Virus record (IMG/VR): IMGVR_UViG_3300013009_000061
Span: 1-52,424 of that record
DNA from: a virus
Lineage: Duplodnaviria; Caudoviricetes
DNA: 52,424 bases
Reading direction: 5' to 3' (one strand)
The notes below the pieces were generated by a model. It was not told the DNA's origin. It saw only the letters and a program-made list of their open reading frames with translations, and did not search any database. Position 1 is the stretch's first letter. Each line of letters opens with the position of its first letter. Made by a program: the position numbers and the translations under genes. This document shows positions 1 to 9,029 of the stretch, one piece after another.

Positions 1-1704
1 CTATGACGCACGGACTGGATACGGCAGAGGATTGCATGAGGTGCTTGGCGGTGCTCGGCGAGCCCCAGCGGCTGCGGATTCTCCGGGCGTTGGCCGACGG
101 CGAGCAGACCGCGGGTGAGCTCTCCGAGCGCCTCGGCGTGCGGCAAAACACGCTTTCCCATCACATGAGACAGCTTCGCGAGCACGGGCTGGTGGAGGTT
201 CGCCTCCACCATGCATAACCCGAACTCGCAAGTTGCAGTCGAATTCGTCGGTTCCGTCGTCGAAAGTCAAGATGACGGAGTCGACGAATTCTTGTATGAC
301 AGCCTTCTTTGCCACGTCGTCTCCATGTAGGAGCTGGTACTTCTTTTCGCGGATCACAGCCTCAATCGCCGCGTCGTCCAGATGGTCTCGTTTTTTCATG
401 ACTTCGAGACGGACAAGCGCTTTTTCGATTTCATCCTTCCGGTCCTTAGCCTCATTGATGTACGACCAGACAAGTTCCTGATCTTTAATGCCTCTTAACG
501 AGTTCATCCAGGCCTGAATATCCTGATTAATTTCCGAGAGCTCGCGCCGCAGCACTTCTTCGTCTTGTTTCAATTGCGCGCGCTGCTCTGCATACAGCGC
601 TTGGATGTTCTTCACCATCATTTGAATGGACTCGTCTGTGAAATAGGTGTCAACCAAAAGTTTGATAATCGCATTCTCAATGTCAGACTTACGAATGCTC
701 GGAAGGCCACACTTCGCAGAACATGTGTAGTACTGATACTGACTTCCTTTGTTGGTATAGCTGTTGCCGTTACAACGAGCACCGCATTGGCCGCAGTACA
801 ACTTATCGCTCAACAGATACGTAGCATCGCCTTTGTAATAGCTCGGTTTGAATTTCCGTGTGGCCATGATCTGATTCACCCTCTCAAAGAGTTCACGGTC
901 AATGATGGGAGGAACTACACCCTCCACAACAACCTGCTCTTCTCTTGGTTTGAAATCATGATTATTCCGTGTTCCATCTTCTCGCTTTGAAGACCGTACG
1001 TCCCAAGTATAAATGCCGATGTATTTCTTGTTGCAGTGCCAACCGTCAAAACTATTGATGGTGAAAGGCCGTCCGCGTTGGGTACGGAAGCCGCGTTCAT
1101 TGAGCTCTGCAGCGATCTCCGACTTGTTTTTCCCCTCGGCAATACGGGTAAAGAAGATTCGGACGGCTTCTGCGGCACGTTCATCGATTTCCAAACGCTT
1201 GGTCTCTGGATTGACTCGATAGCCATAAGGTGGCCGTCCGCCTGTTGTCATGCCCTTTAGGGCGTTTTCCTTCAATCCTTTACGGCTTTCCCTTGCGAGG
1301 TTTTTGGAGTAGTACTCGGCCAAACCCTCTAATACTGATTCCAAAATAACACTTTCCGGTGAATCGTCCAAGCGCTCCAGGACGCTTTCAAGACGTACAC
1401 CGTTCCGCTTCAGAATGCGTTTGTAATACGCGCTGTCGTAACGATTGCGCGCAAAGCGATCTAATTTATGCACGACGACCACATCAAAGAGTCCTTTTGC
1501 ACTATCTTGGATCATCCGTTGAAAGTTCGGTCGATCATCGGTCGTCGCCGACCGTGCCTCGTCTGGGTAAACCCCAACTAGTTCGTAGCCCTTCTGTTTA
1601 CAGTACTCCTCGATCGCGCGCATCTGAGCGTCAATTGACTCTTCGCGTTGGTTATCGGAGCTATAGCGAGGATAGGCAACGGCCCGAATTTTCTTTTTAA
1701 CCAA
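1..1704 (-). CDS. Large serine recombinase (integrase)
   Basis: YPRYSS catalytic Ser motif, DRFARN, recombinase domain PYGY, Zn ribbon CGQCG...YYTC, coiled coil; TTG start with GAAGGTGA RBS. Confidence 0.95.
   Translation of the reverse strand: MVKKKIRAVAYPRYSSDNQREESIDAQMRAIEEYCKQKGYELVGVYPDEARSATTDDRPNFQRMIQDSAKGLFDVVVVHKLDRFARNRYDSAYYKRILKRNGVRLESVLERLDDSPESVILESVLEGLAEYYSKNLARESRKGLKENALKGMTTGGRPPYGYRVNPETKRLEIDERAAEAVRIFFTRIAEGKNKSEIAAELNERGFRTQRGRPFTINSFDGWHCNKKYIGIYTWDVRSSKREDGTRNNHDFKPREEQVVVEGVVPPIIDRELFERVNQIMATRKFKPSYYKGDATYLLSDKLYCGQCGARCNGNSYTNKGSQYQYYTCSAKCGLPSIRKSDIENAIIKLLVDTYFTDESIQMMVKNIQALYAEQRAQLKQDEEVLRRELSEINQDIQAWMNSLRGIKDQELVWSYINEAKDRKDEIEKALVRLEVMKKRDHLDDAAIEAVIREKKYQLLHGDDVAKKAVIQEFVDSVILTFDDGTDEFDCNLRVRVMHGGGEPPPARAREAVSCDGKACFAARRGARRAHPRSARRRPTPGESAAAGARRAPPSTSCNPLPYPVRAS
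3..218 (+). pseudogene. 5' fragment of host ArsR/SmtB-family HTH regulator, interrupted by prophage
   Basis: LAVLGEPQRLRILRAL...TAGELSERLGVRQNTLSHHMRQLREHGLVEVR is the ArsR winged-HTH signature; it breaks off in the wing at the inverted repeat and stops after LHHA. Confidence 0.85.
190..211. other. Putative attL core (dyad symmetry)
   Basis: Perfect 9-bp inverted repeat TGGTGGAGG-ttcg-CCTCCACCA exactly where ArsR similarity ends and integrase-like sequence begins. Confidence 0.7.
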
Positions 1705-1740
1705 AGAAGCTCACCTTCTTTTCTGACACAGTTAGTAACC

Positions 1741-2316
1741 TTAAGAAGAAACAAAACCTCCGCCATTAAACCAGAGGTCCGCTTCTATCCACTCTAAAGC
1801 CTCAAGGAACAACCGATTCCGGATAGCCCTGCTTAGATGATTGATACGCTTTTCAGCTGGTGTAAAATTGACATCACACTTGTTAGACAACACGGCTGGA
1901 ATGAGATCTTCAAGGCCGTTAAAACAGTAATCTGGGATTAGCAAGCGGGACGCGCACCAGTTTGCTTCGACCTCAAGTACGCCTCGAAGTTCGGGGGAAA
2001 TCCGATCGAGCTCATCAGTTGTATTCCAGGGTAAATCCCAATGAGCTAGAACATGGCTCAATTCATGTGCTAACGTCCACCGTTGTCGACGCCGAACTGT
2101 CTCTGCATCACCGCGCAAATCGGTCGCTATGTATATGTGGTACCCTGTACCCGTTCTAACGGTGTAGCCTTCCGGGCCCTTTAAGTAAGTAAATTGTATA
2201 CGACAATTAAATATTCGAGCTAGAGGTGTGAGATCGATTGGTGGCTGTGGATTTCCGATCTCCGCAAGAGCAACGTAGGCGATCTGTTCCATGGCTTTAA
2301 ATCGAGGAGAAGACAA
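1741..2316 (-). CDS. ImmA/IrrE-family metallopeptidase (anti-repressor protease)
   Basis: RQRWTLAHELSH (HExxH) and EVEANWCASRLLIP; lies between repressor and integrase. Confidence 0.9.
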   Translation of the reverse strand: MSSPRFKAMEQIAYVALAEIGNPQPPIDLTPLARIFNCRIQFTYLKGPEGYTVRTGTGYHIYIATDLRGDAETVRRRQRWTLAHELSHVLAHWDLPWNTTDELDRISPELRGVLEVEANWCASRLLIPDYCFNGLEDLIPAVLSNKCDVNFTPAEKRINHLSRAIRNRLFLEALEWIEADLWFNGGGFVSS

Positions 2317-2329
2317 GACAGAATGCTCA

Positions 2330-2695
2330 TTATTTGTGCTTGTTTCCGTGCTTCATCGCCTCCGCGAGCTGCTTCGTGAGCTCCAGAAATCGTGTATACG
2401 CTTCCTCCGAGAGCTCATCCCGGGCTCGAGTAATAAATTCAACTGCGTCCCTCAATTGTTCGTCTTCACCCGCATCTTGGGAATACCCGTGCGGGTCATT
2501 AGTACGCCCGAGTAAATAGTCTACCGAAACCCCCAACACCTCAGCAAGTTTTTGTAATCGCTCACTTGGCGGTATGGATTTATCCCGTTCGTAATTTGAA
2601 ATGTTTGCCTCGGTGACTCCTAAAGCCATTGCGATCTGACTTTGAGTTAAACCTCGCCGGATGCGCGTCTGCCGAATGCGTTGCCCCAACGTCAT
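2330..2695 (-). CDS. XRE-family phage repressor (ImmR/CI-like)
   Basis: MTLGQRIRQTRIRRGLTQSQIAMALGVTEANISNYERDKSIP...LGVSVDYLLGRT HTH; start trimmed to the ATG at 2695. Confidence 0.9.
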   Translation of the reverse strand: MTLGQRIRQTRIRRGLTQSQIAMALGVTEANISNYERDKSIPPSERLQKLAEVLGVSVDYLLGRTNDPHGYSQDAGEDEQLRDAVEFITRARDELSEEAYTRFLELTKQLAEAMKHGNKHK

Positions 2696-2735
2696 GTACT
2701 TCACCGTCCTTAAATAAAATTTTCGATTCACCCCC

Positions 2736-2764
2736 TTGCTTAAGCGATACTTAAGTGCTATATT
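2736..2764 (+). promoter_or_regulatory. Rightward early promoter with overlapping operator
   Basis: TTGCTT-17bp-TATATT with extended TG; palindrome TTAAG-cgata-CTTAA (2740-2754) overlaps the -35 and spacer. Confidence 0.7.
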
Positions 2765-2791
2765 CGAGGCACAAGGAGGTGAGGCCCCGAA

Positions 2792-3040
2792 ATGGTCACG
2801 CAAACATCATCCTCAACGCCTTTGCGCAGTCGGTTGCGCGAAGCCCGCAAGCAAAAAGGGACGCAGCGCAAAGTCGCAGCGGATCTCGGGATTACAGAGA
2901 CATACCTTCGAGCCATCGAACATGGTACTTACTTGCCAAGCATTCGTATCATGAAACGGATGGAGCATTATTTTGGTGTTCCTCTGGACGAGCTCTTTCC
3001 GGAGCTTAACGACCCTAGTTTCTATTTGTCTGATAGTTAA
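2792..3040 (+). CDS. Cro-like XRE HTH protein
   Basis: LREARKQKGTQRKVAADLGITETYLRAIEHGTYLPS; divergent from repressor; GGAGGTGA RBS. Confidence 0.85.
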   Translation: MVTQTSSSTPLRSRLREARKQKGTQRKVAADLGITETYLRAIEHGTYLPSIRIMKRMEHYFGVPLDELFPELNDPSFYLSDS

Positions 3041-3062
3041 GGGAAACTTGTTGTCGACGCCT

Positions 3063-3091
3063 ATTATAAAGCATCAATTGAACTTGCGCAA
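3063..3091 (-). promoter_or_regulatory. Leftward promoter downstream of cro (convergent)
   Basis: Minus strand TTGCGC-17bp-TATAAT; operator-like TTAAG-N5-CTT(A/G) copies at 3037-3051 and 3130-3144. Confidence 0.5.
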
Positions 3092-3199
3092 GTGACACTT
3101 ACGGTGAAGGGCTGTCTTATGCCTTCTACTTAAGCGAAACTTAACTTTATCCTTGGACCAAATGTCAACTCACGAAGACCGGTCCAGGTGTGAACGGCC

Positions 3200-3418
3200 A
3201 TGACGCGGAAGGGGCTGACGCCAATCAAACGCGCGAAACCCATTCGTTTCACAGTGGAAGAGGTCCCACACCCCGAGCCAGAGCGGCTTGCCAAGGTTTT
3301 GGCGCAGTTCTTCTATCCCATCGTGATGGAGGAACTAGGCGTGACTTCAGAGTTGGAGAGCATTCGTGCCATCAAGGAAGGAGGCCGTATGGATGGCCAA
3401 ACTCACACTCAACCCTGA
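3200..3418 (+). CDS. Small phage protein (possible recombination directionality factor)
   Basis: AGGTG RBS; lies after cro; no recognisable motif. Confidence 0.5.
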   Translation: MTRKGLTPIKRAKPIRFTVEEVPHPEPERLAKVLAQFFYPIVMEELGVTSELESIRAIKEGGRMDGQTHTQP

Positions 3419-4046
3419 GTATCGGTTGTATGAGCGTGACGGGCAAGTGTTTTGCAGCAGTCGACAAGTAGCCGATGAGTTTGGAAAGCGTCACGACAAT
3501 GTCTTGCGAGACATTGCAAACCTCGACTGCAGCGAGGAGTTCCGACTCCTCAACTTTGAGGAGTCATATTACATCAACGAGCAAGGAAAGAAACAGCCTC
3601 AAATGCTCATGACCAAAGACGGATTCACCTTTTTGGTTATGGGCTATCGGGGAAAGAAAGCGGCGTGCTTCAAAGAAGCCTACATCCGACGCTTTAACGA
3701 AATGGAAGCCTTCATCCGCTCATTGCAGGCAGCGAAGATGGAGTTCCCGGCGTTCACGGAAGCCGTGATGAACGCGCACGAAGAGCCGAAGCATTACCAC
3801 TTCAGCAACGAGATCAACATGATCTATCGCATCGTGCTCGGCATGGACGCGAAAGCCTTCAGGCAACTGCACGGGCTGGACAAGGACGCGGTCATTCGCC
3901 CGTACTTGACGGTCGAACAAATACAAGCCATCGAAGCCCTCCAGCGGGTGGACATTGGATTGCTGGTGGCCGTACCGGATTATCAGCGACGCAAACAGCT
4001 GCTTCAAGAGCATTACGTGCGAATGCAGAGGAAACGAATCGCGTGA
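3393..4046 (+). CDS. Rha-family phage regulatory protein
   Basis: SSRQVADEFGKRHDNVLRDI...MTKDGFTFLVMGYRGKKAACFKEAYIRRFNEME. Confidence 0.9.
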   Translation: MAKLTLNPEYRLYERDGQVFCSSRQVADEFGKRHDNVLRDIANLDCSEEFRLLNFEESYYINEQGKKQPQMLMTKDGFTFLVMGYRGKKAACFKEAYIRRFNEMEAFIRSLQAAKMEFPAFTEAVMNAHEEPKHYHFSNEINMIYRIVLGMDAKAFRQLHGLDKDAVIRPYLTVEQIQAIEALQRVDIGLLVAVPDYQRRKQLLQEHYVRMQRKRIA

Positions 4047-4060
4047 GAGGAGGGCTTCAT

Positions 4061-4222
4061 ATGAACACCATCGACAGTGACGACGTCTTGATGGAGTTTT
4101 GCGACAAGACCGGCTTTGAAGACCCACATCCCAACGATTTCCCTGTGTTTCTTGAGTTCTTGCAACACGAGTATCCCGATCTCGTCGATGCGGCGTGGCT
4201 CATCTGGAAGCAATGGTTCTGA
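4061..4222 (+). CDS. Small acidic hypothetical protein (53 aa, not in ORF track)
   Basis: GAGGAGG RBS, ATG 4061, MNTIDSDDVLMEFCDKTGFED...WKQWF; fills the gap in the operon. Confidence 0.55.
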   Translation: MNTIDSDDVLMEFCDKTGFEDPHPNDFPVFLEFLQHEYPDLVDAAWLIWKQWF

Positions 4223-4239
4223 AAGGAGGGCTTATCACA

Positions 4240-4596
4240 ATGGACGCCTATTACGTCCGGATTTACACCCTGCAAAACGGTGAACAGATTGAAGCGCCTG
4301 TCGTGTATCAATCATACGAGCAGGCGGAAGCCGACTTGGACAAGTTCCGCCTGCACCCTGAATTTGACCTCTCTCAAGTAGCTCACATTCGAATTGAAAA
4401 GCGATACTGCTCTCGGCCCTTCTGGGCGTCAGACGTAACTGAGAGCAAAACGGATGCCACGAACCGTGGAAACCAATACACCATCAAAGTTGCGCTCGAC
4501 ATGAGTGAGCTAGCTAATCAACTGCGAGAACTGGCAGACATTTTGAGCCCCCAAAACGGGGAGGGGAACGGTTCGCTGCTTAAAGTTTCAGATTGA
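4240..4596 (+). CDS. Hypothetical protein
   Basis: AAGGAGG RBS before ATG 4240. Confidence 0.55.
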   Translation: MDAYYVRIYTLQNGEQIEAPVVYQSYEQAEADLDKFRLHPEFDLSQVAHIRIEKRYCSRPFWASDVTESKTDATNRGNQYTIKVALDMSELANQLRELADILSPQNGEGNGSLLKVSD

Positions 4597-4819
4597 TATG
4601 CGTCGTTTGCCTCCTAAGCAACTTGGATAAGTCGTCCAGTGTTCGCTGCACCGTGTCGATCGCTTCGCGATTGTCCAAACGGATCTCAGCGTTGCAGTGA
4701 GGGCAATGCACGACAGTGTCTGGTATGAACAAACTCTCAGCTGCCACTGAGAATTTGTTCTGACAACCCGGGCATTTCAGGTCTGCTGAATCACCCTTGA
4801 AAAAGTCTTTTGGTTCCAT
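4580..4819 (-). CDS. Small zinc-ribbon protein, antisense to early operon
   Basis: GGAGG RBS; CPGC...CPHC pairs. Confidence 0.6.
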   Translation of the reverse strand: MEPKDFFKGDSADLKCPGCQNKFSVAAESLFIPDTVVHCPHCNAEIRLDNREAIDTVQRTLDDLSKLLRRQTTHINLKL

Positions 4820-4914
4820 AACGTGCCTCCAGGACTTCCGCTCCCCTGGTGACAGTTTCGATGTGTGGACGGAAATTCCTGCATAAACAAAGTGCCTGAA
4901 AGGAGGTGACCCAC

Positions 4915-5241
4915 ATGGGCAACAGACGCAGGGGCAAACGGAAAAAGGGTTCCCGCGGCAACGGGAACCCAGGCGCAGCACGTCTGACACACACCAACAC
5001 CATAAGTGTACCAGACGTGCCTGTGTCTCCGCCAGCCCCTGCTGAGCCCGACATCTGGGACAGCGTGACCGTGGCGGACGTACGGGAGTTGGTACGCCGC
5101 TACGGCCATTGGGGACTGCGGTTCCCCGCCAAAGTGGTCATCAAACTGCTCGACGAGATCGAGCGACTGGAGGGACAGGCATGCACAAGTTCTACGTTGG
5201 ACAACCCGTCATCGTCGGCCCGCACGCCGAACACTCGGTAG
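4915..5241 (+). CDS. Hypothetical protein
   Basis: AAGGAGGTGA RBS; basic N-terminus. Confidence 0.55.
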   Translation: MGNRRRGKRKKGSRGNGNPGAARLTHTNTISVPDVPVSPPAPAEPDIWDSVTVADVRELVRRYGHWGLRFPAKVVIKLLDEIERLEGQACTSSTLDNPSSSARTPNTR

Positions 5242-5462
5242 GCTGCCAAGGCCGCATTGAGCGAATCCGCGGACGGATGTGCGATGTCCGCGTCACCACA
5301 ACGCGAGGCAACTATCTCAGCACCTTTGATGCTCGCACGCTGGCACCGTCGGACAGCCACGCACTGCACCCGGAACGGGCACTCCAGCGCGCGTTGGACA
5401 AGCTCCTGGCTGAAGCAAAGGCGGCAATCGCCGCAGAGGAGGTGAAGACGACGTGGAGCTGA
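5181..5462 (+). CDS. Hypothetical protein (SH3/KOW-like beta barrel)
   Basis: GGAGG RBS; FYVGQPVIVG...GRIERIRG pattern. Confidence 0.5.
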   Translation: MHKFYVGQPVIVGPHAEHSVGCQGRIERIRGRMCDVRVTTTRGNYLSTFDARTLAPSDSHALHPERALQRALDKLLAEAKAAIAAEEVKTTWS

Positions 5463-5920
5463 CCGTACGCATCGAAGCGCCCGAACTGACGCACGCCATT
5501 CTCGAGCTCGCCTCCGTCCTCGCCATGGGTGTGTCCGCGGAGGCGGCCAAGGTGTCATTGGCGCATGAGCGCGCCATCTCTGAGGCTACGGCACAGACGA
5601 CATCTGCGCCAAGTCCACAACCAACGGCGGCTCCGGCAACGGCGTCGGCCGCGGCAGCCGCAGCAACCCAACCTGCGGCCCCAACGGCACCAGCGGCACC
5701 CACACCGCCACCGGCGCCCTCAACTGCTGTGCCGACAGCCGCGCCGACCTACACCCTCGAGCAGCTGGCGGTCGCCGCGACACAGCTCGTCGACGCCGGC
5801 CGACGGGACGAACTCATCCAGCTGCTCCAGTCGTTCGGCGCGCAAGCGCTCACCGCCTTAGCACCTGAGCACTACGGTGCGTTCGCGACAAAGCTGCGCG
5901 AGATGGGGGCGAAGCTCTAG
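5453..5920 (+). CDS. Phage protein typically upstream of DUF2800/DUF2815
   Basis: Ala/Pro-rich linker and C-terminal YTLEQL...LLQSFGAQALTAL..EHYGAF helical domain; synteny. Confidence 0.7.
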   Translation: MELTVRIEAPELTHAILELASVLAMGVSAEAAKVSLAHERAISEATAQTTSAPSPQPTAAPATASAAAAAATQPAAPTAPAAPTPPPAPSTAVPTAAPTYTLEQLAVAATQLVDAGRRDELIQLLQSFGAQALTALAPEHYGAFATKLREMGAKL

Positions 5921-7104
5921 TGGTCGCGACACACGCAGAACGCCCTCACGCACTGCTCAGCGCGTCTGCAGCACATCGATGGCTGGCCTGCCCGCCGAGT
6001 GCCCGGCTGTGTGAACAATTCCCGGACACGACGAGCGAGTATGCGGCTGAGGGGACTTTAGCGCATGAGCTCGCCGAGCTCAAGCTACGCAAAGCGTTGA
6101 AACTCGGCAATCTCAACGCGCGGGAATTCAACAAGCGCCGCAAAGAAATTGAGTCGCATCCGCTCTACAGTGCTGAAATGGACACTTACACGGATAGCTA
6201 TGTCGACTACGTCCTTGGTATCGTGCACAGCTATCGCGTGCCACCTTACGTGACGGTCGAAAAGCAGATTGACTACAGCGCCTACGCGCCTGAGGGTTTT
6301 GGCACCGGCGATTGCATCGTGATCGGCGGCGAAACCTTACACATCATCGACCTGAAGTACGGGAAAGGCGTGCGAGTGAGCGGAGAAGGCAACCCACAAA
6401 TGCGTCTCTACGCGCTCGGCGCCTTGCAGGAGTACGGGTTCCTGTACCCGATTACGGAAATCCACACGGCCATTGTGCAACCGCGCCTCGAGAGCATCAG
6501 CGAAGAGACGATCTCTGTCGACGAACTGCTTGCCTGGGGCGAATCTATCAAGCCTATCGCCGAGATGGCGTATCGAGGCGAGGGTGAGTTCAACGCGGGG
6601 GAGCACTGTCGCTTCTGTCGTGCGAAGTCCGTCTGCCGCGCTCGGTCTGAACAGTACCTGGCGCTCGAAGCGTTCGGACAAGCCAAGCCTCCGCTCATCA
6701 CGGACAGCGAGGTCGGGGAAATTCTGCGTCGAGCCAAGGCATTAGCAGAGTGGGTAACGGACCTCGAGGAATACGCACTGCAACAATGTTTGGCTGGCAA
6801 CCAGATCCCCGGCTGGAAAGCTGTCGAAGGTCGCGGTTCGCGGCAATACGTCGACTTGGATGCCGCGTTCAAAGCGCTCATCGACGCCGGCATCGATGAA
6901 GCGGTGCTCTACGAACGCAAGCCACTCACTGTCGCGCAACTCGAAAAGGTACTCGGCAAAGCGCAGTATCGACAGCTACTCGAAGAACCGGGACTCGTGA
7001 GGAAGGAACCCGGCAAACCGACACTCGTGCCTGAATCGGACAAGCGTCCCGCGATCACCGCGAAAATTACGGCCCAAGAAGCCTTTGGAGGAGACGAACG
7101 ATGA
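5920..7104 (+). CDS. DUF2800 PD-(D/E)xK (Cas4-like) exonuclease
   Basis: HALLSASAAHRWLACPPS, GTGDC...IIDLKYGKG, NPQMRLYALG, HCRFCRAKSVC. Confidence 0.9.
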   Translation: MVATHAERPHALLSASAAHRWLACPPSARLCEQFPDTTSEYAAEGTLAHELAELKLRKALKLGNLNAREFNKRRKEIESHPLYSAEMDTYTDSYVDYVLGIVHSYRVPPYVTVEKQIDYSAYAPEGFGTGDCIVIGGETLHIIDLKYGKGVRVSGEGNPQMRLYALGALQEYGFLYPITEIHTAIVQPRLESISEETISVDELLAWGESIKPIAEMAYRGEGEFNAGEHCRFCRAKSVCRARSEQYLALEAFGQAKPPLITDSEVGEILRRAKALAEWVTDLEEYALQQCLAGNQIPGWKAVEGRGSRQYVDLDAAFKALIDAGIDEAVLYERKPLTVAQLEKVLGKAQYRQLLEEPGLVRKEPGKPTLVPESDKRPAITAKITAQEAFGGDER

Positions 7105-7739
7105 CGAAACCGACGACCGTGACGACCGGACAAGTGCGTCTGAGCTACGTGCATTTGACGAAACCGTATGCCGCGAATCCCGGGCAAGAGCCGAAGTACA
7201 GCGTGACGCTTCTCATCCCGAAATCCGACGTGCAAACGAAGCAACGTATCGATGCGGCTATCGAAGCGGCCATCCAAGAAGGCGTCCTGTCGAAGTGGGG
7301 TGGCGTGCGACCCCCGGTACTCAAGATCCCCGTCCACGACGGAGACGGCGTGCGCCCGAACGGCGAACCATTTGGACCTGAATGTAAGGGTCACTGGGTA
7401 GTCACTGCCTCCAGCAAACAGCCGGTCGAAGTGGTCGACCTCAATCTGAGTCCGATACTCGACCAAACGCAAATCTACAGCGGCATGTACGGGCGCGTGT
7501 CGATCACCTTCTTCGCTTTCAATACGAACGGCAACCGCGGTATCGGATGTGGCTTGAACGCCGTGCAGAAGGTCGCCGACGGTGAACCACTTGGCGGACG
7601 AATCAGTGCCGCGCAGGCCTTCGGTGATGGTTTCACGCCAGCTACGACTACCACACCAACTGCGCCGCCAACGGCTGCGAAACCTGCCATCGATCCGATT
7701 ACTGGCCAACCGCTGAGCGGAGGCGTGATGGGGTTGTGA
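7101..7739 (+). CDS. DUF2815 single-stranded DNA-binding protein
   Basis: VRLSYVHL, KYSVTLLIPK, DGD, YSGMYGRVS, GNRGIGCGLNAVQKVADGEPLGG. Confidence 0.9.
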   Translation: MTKPTTVTTGQVRLSYVHLTKPYAANPGQEPKYSVTLLIPKSDVQTKQRIDAAIEAAIQEGVLSKWGGVRPPVLKIPVHDGDGVRPNGEPFGPECKGHWVVTASSKQPVEVVDLNLSPILDQTQIYSGMYGRVSITFFAFNTNGNRGIGCGLNAVQKVADGEPLGGRISAAQAFGDGFTPATTTTPTAPPTAAKPAIDPITGQPLSGGVMGL

Positions 7740-7742
7740 GCG

Positions 7743-9029
7743 ATGCGACATTTGAGCGTGGACATCGAGACGTACTCCAACGTCGACATCAAGAAGAGCG
7801 GCCTGTACAAGTACGCGCAAAGCCCTGACTTCGAGATCTTGCTGTTTGCGTACTCGTTCGACGGAGGGCCCGTCGAGGTCGTCGACCTGGCTCAGGGAGA
7901 GCAGCTGCCGGCAGACATTCTGTCGGCGCTGCAAGACCCAGGCGTGATCAAACACGCTTACAACGCGGCCTTTGAGTGGTACTGCATCAATCGGTTCTGG
8001 CCATCTCCGCTCGAGCAGTGGCGCTGCACCATGGTGCACGGTCTGTACTGCGGGTATCCCGCAGGTCTCGCCAACGTCGCCAAAGCGCTCCAGCTCAACG
8101 AGGACAAGCAGAAGATGAGCGTCGGTGCCGCACTAATTCGGACGTTCTGTGTGCCGTGTAAACCCACCAAAGCGAACGGAGGGCGCACACGGACGCTCCC
8201 GCATCACGAGCCCGAAAAGTGGGCGCTCTTCAAGGAGTACTGTCGGCGCGACGTCGAGGTCGAGATGGAGGTTGCGAGGCGTCTGGCAGCCTTCCCGGTG
8301 CCTGAAGAAGAACAGCGACTGTGGGTACTCGATCAGCGCATCAACGCGTACGGCGTGGCCATCGACACGGACCTTGTGGACGGTGCCCTGGCCATCAACG
8401 AGACCGTGACCTCGGAGCTGATGGACGAAGCCGTCCGACTGTCCGGACTGGACAACCCGAACAGCGTGCAACAGCTCACCAAGTGGCTGACCGAGGAGTT
8501 GGGCGAAGAGGTCACGGACCTGCGCAAGGATACGGTGGAGACGCTGCTGCAGTCCATCGACGATGGCGCAGCCAGACGCATGCTCGAAATAAGGCAAGAG
8601 TTATCAAAAGCATCCGTCAAAAAGTACGCCGCCATGCGCGACGCGGTGTGCGCGGATGGGCGGGCGCGAGGGCTGCTCCAGTTCTACGGGGCCAGCCGCA
8701 CAGGGCGATGGTGTCTAGCCGAAGGAACGCCCGTACTTGTGCGAACACAAGAAGGCGAAATCCTGGAAAAGCCCATCGAATCTGTATTGCTTACAGACCG
8801 AGTTTGGGACGGAGAGCAGTGGGTAACTCACGAGGGGGTAGTGTTCAGCGGTGACAGGGACGTGATCACCTGGGACGGTATTACTGCGACCCCTGAACAC
8901 ATCGTGTACATCTCCGACACCGAATCAATGCCACTGGCCGAAGCCAAGAGAAGGGGGTTGCGACTGTGGAGAGGCAATTCACCGTTTACCGCATCATCGG
9001 ACCAACTGGCAAACAGTACATCGGCGTGA
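7743..9029 (+). CDS. DNA polymerase family A, N-terminal half (3'-5' exo/thumb) fused to split-intein N-fragment
   Basis: SVDIETYS exo motif, AYNAAFE, LQFYGASRTGRW followed by intein block A CLAEGTPV (Cys at 8712) and block B ITATPEH. Confidence 0.9.
   Translation: MRHLSVDIETYSNVDIKKSGLYKYAQSPDFEILLFAYSFDGGPVEVVDLAQGEQLPADILSALQDPGVIKHAYNAAFEWYCINRFWPSPLEQWRCTMVHGLYCGYPAGLANVAKALQLNEDKQKMSVGAALIRTFCVPCKPTKANGGRTRTLPHHEPEKWALFKEYCRRDVEVEMEVARRLAAFPVPEEEQRLWVLDQRINAYGVAIDTDLVDGALAINETVTSELMDEAVRLSGLDNPNSVQQLTKWLTEELGEEVTDLRKDTVETLLQSIDDGAARRMLEIRQELSKASVKKYAAMRDAVCADGRARGLLQFYGASRTGRWCLAEGTPVLVRTQEGEILEKPIESVLLTDRVWDGEQWVTHEGVVFSGDRDVITWDGITATPEHIVYISDTESMPLAEAKRRGLRLWRGNSPFTASSDQLANSTSA

Noticed and set aside
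197-211. GGTTCG...CCTCCACCA resembles a tRNA/tmRNA 3' end
   Set aside because: There is no complete T-arm or cloverleaf, and the upstream sequence is ArsR coding; better explained as the att dyad.
5590-5750. Repetitive GC-rich stretch
   Set aside because: Encodes an Ala/Pro/Thr linker; not a DNA-level repeat array.
5920-7104. Cas4-like nuclease plus csx3 as evidence of a CRISPR-Cas locus
   Set aside because: DUF2800 is a standard phage replication gene beside SSB and PolA; I saw no repeat-spacer array or other cas genes.
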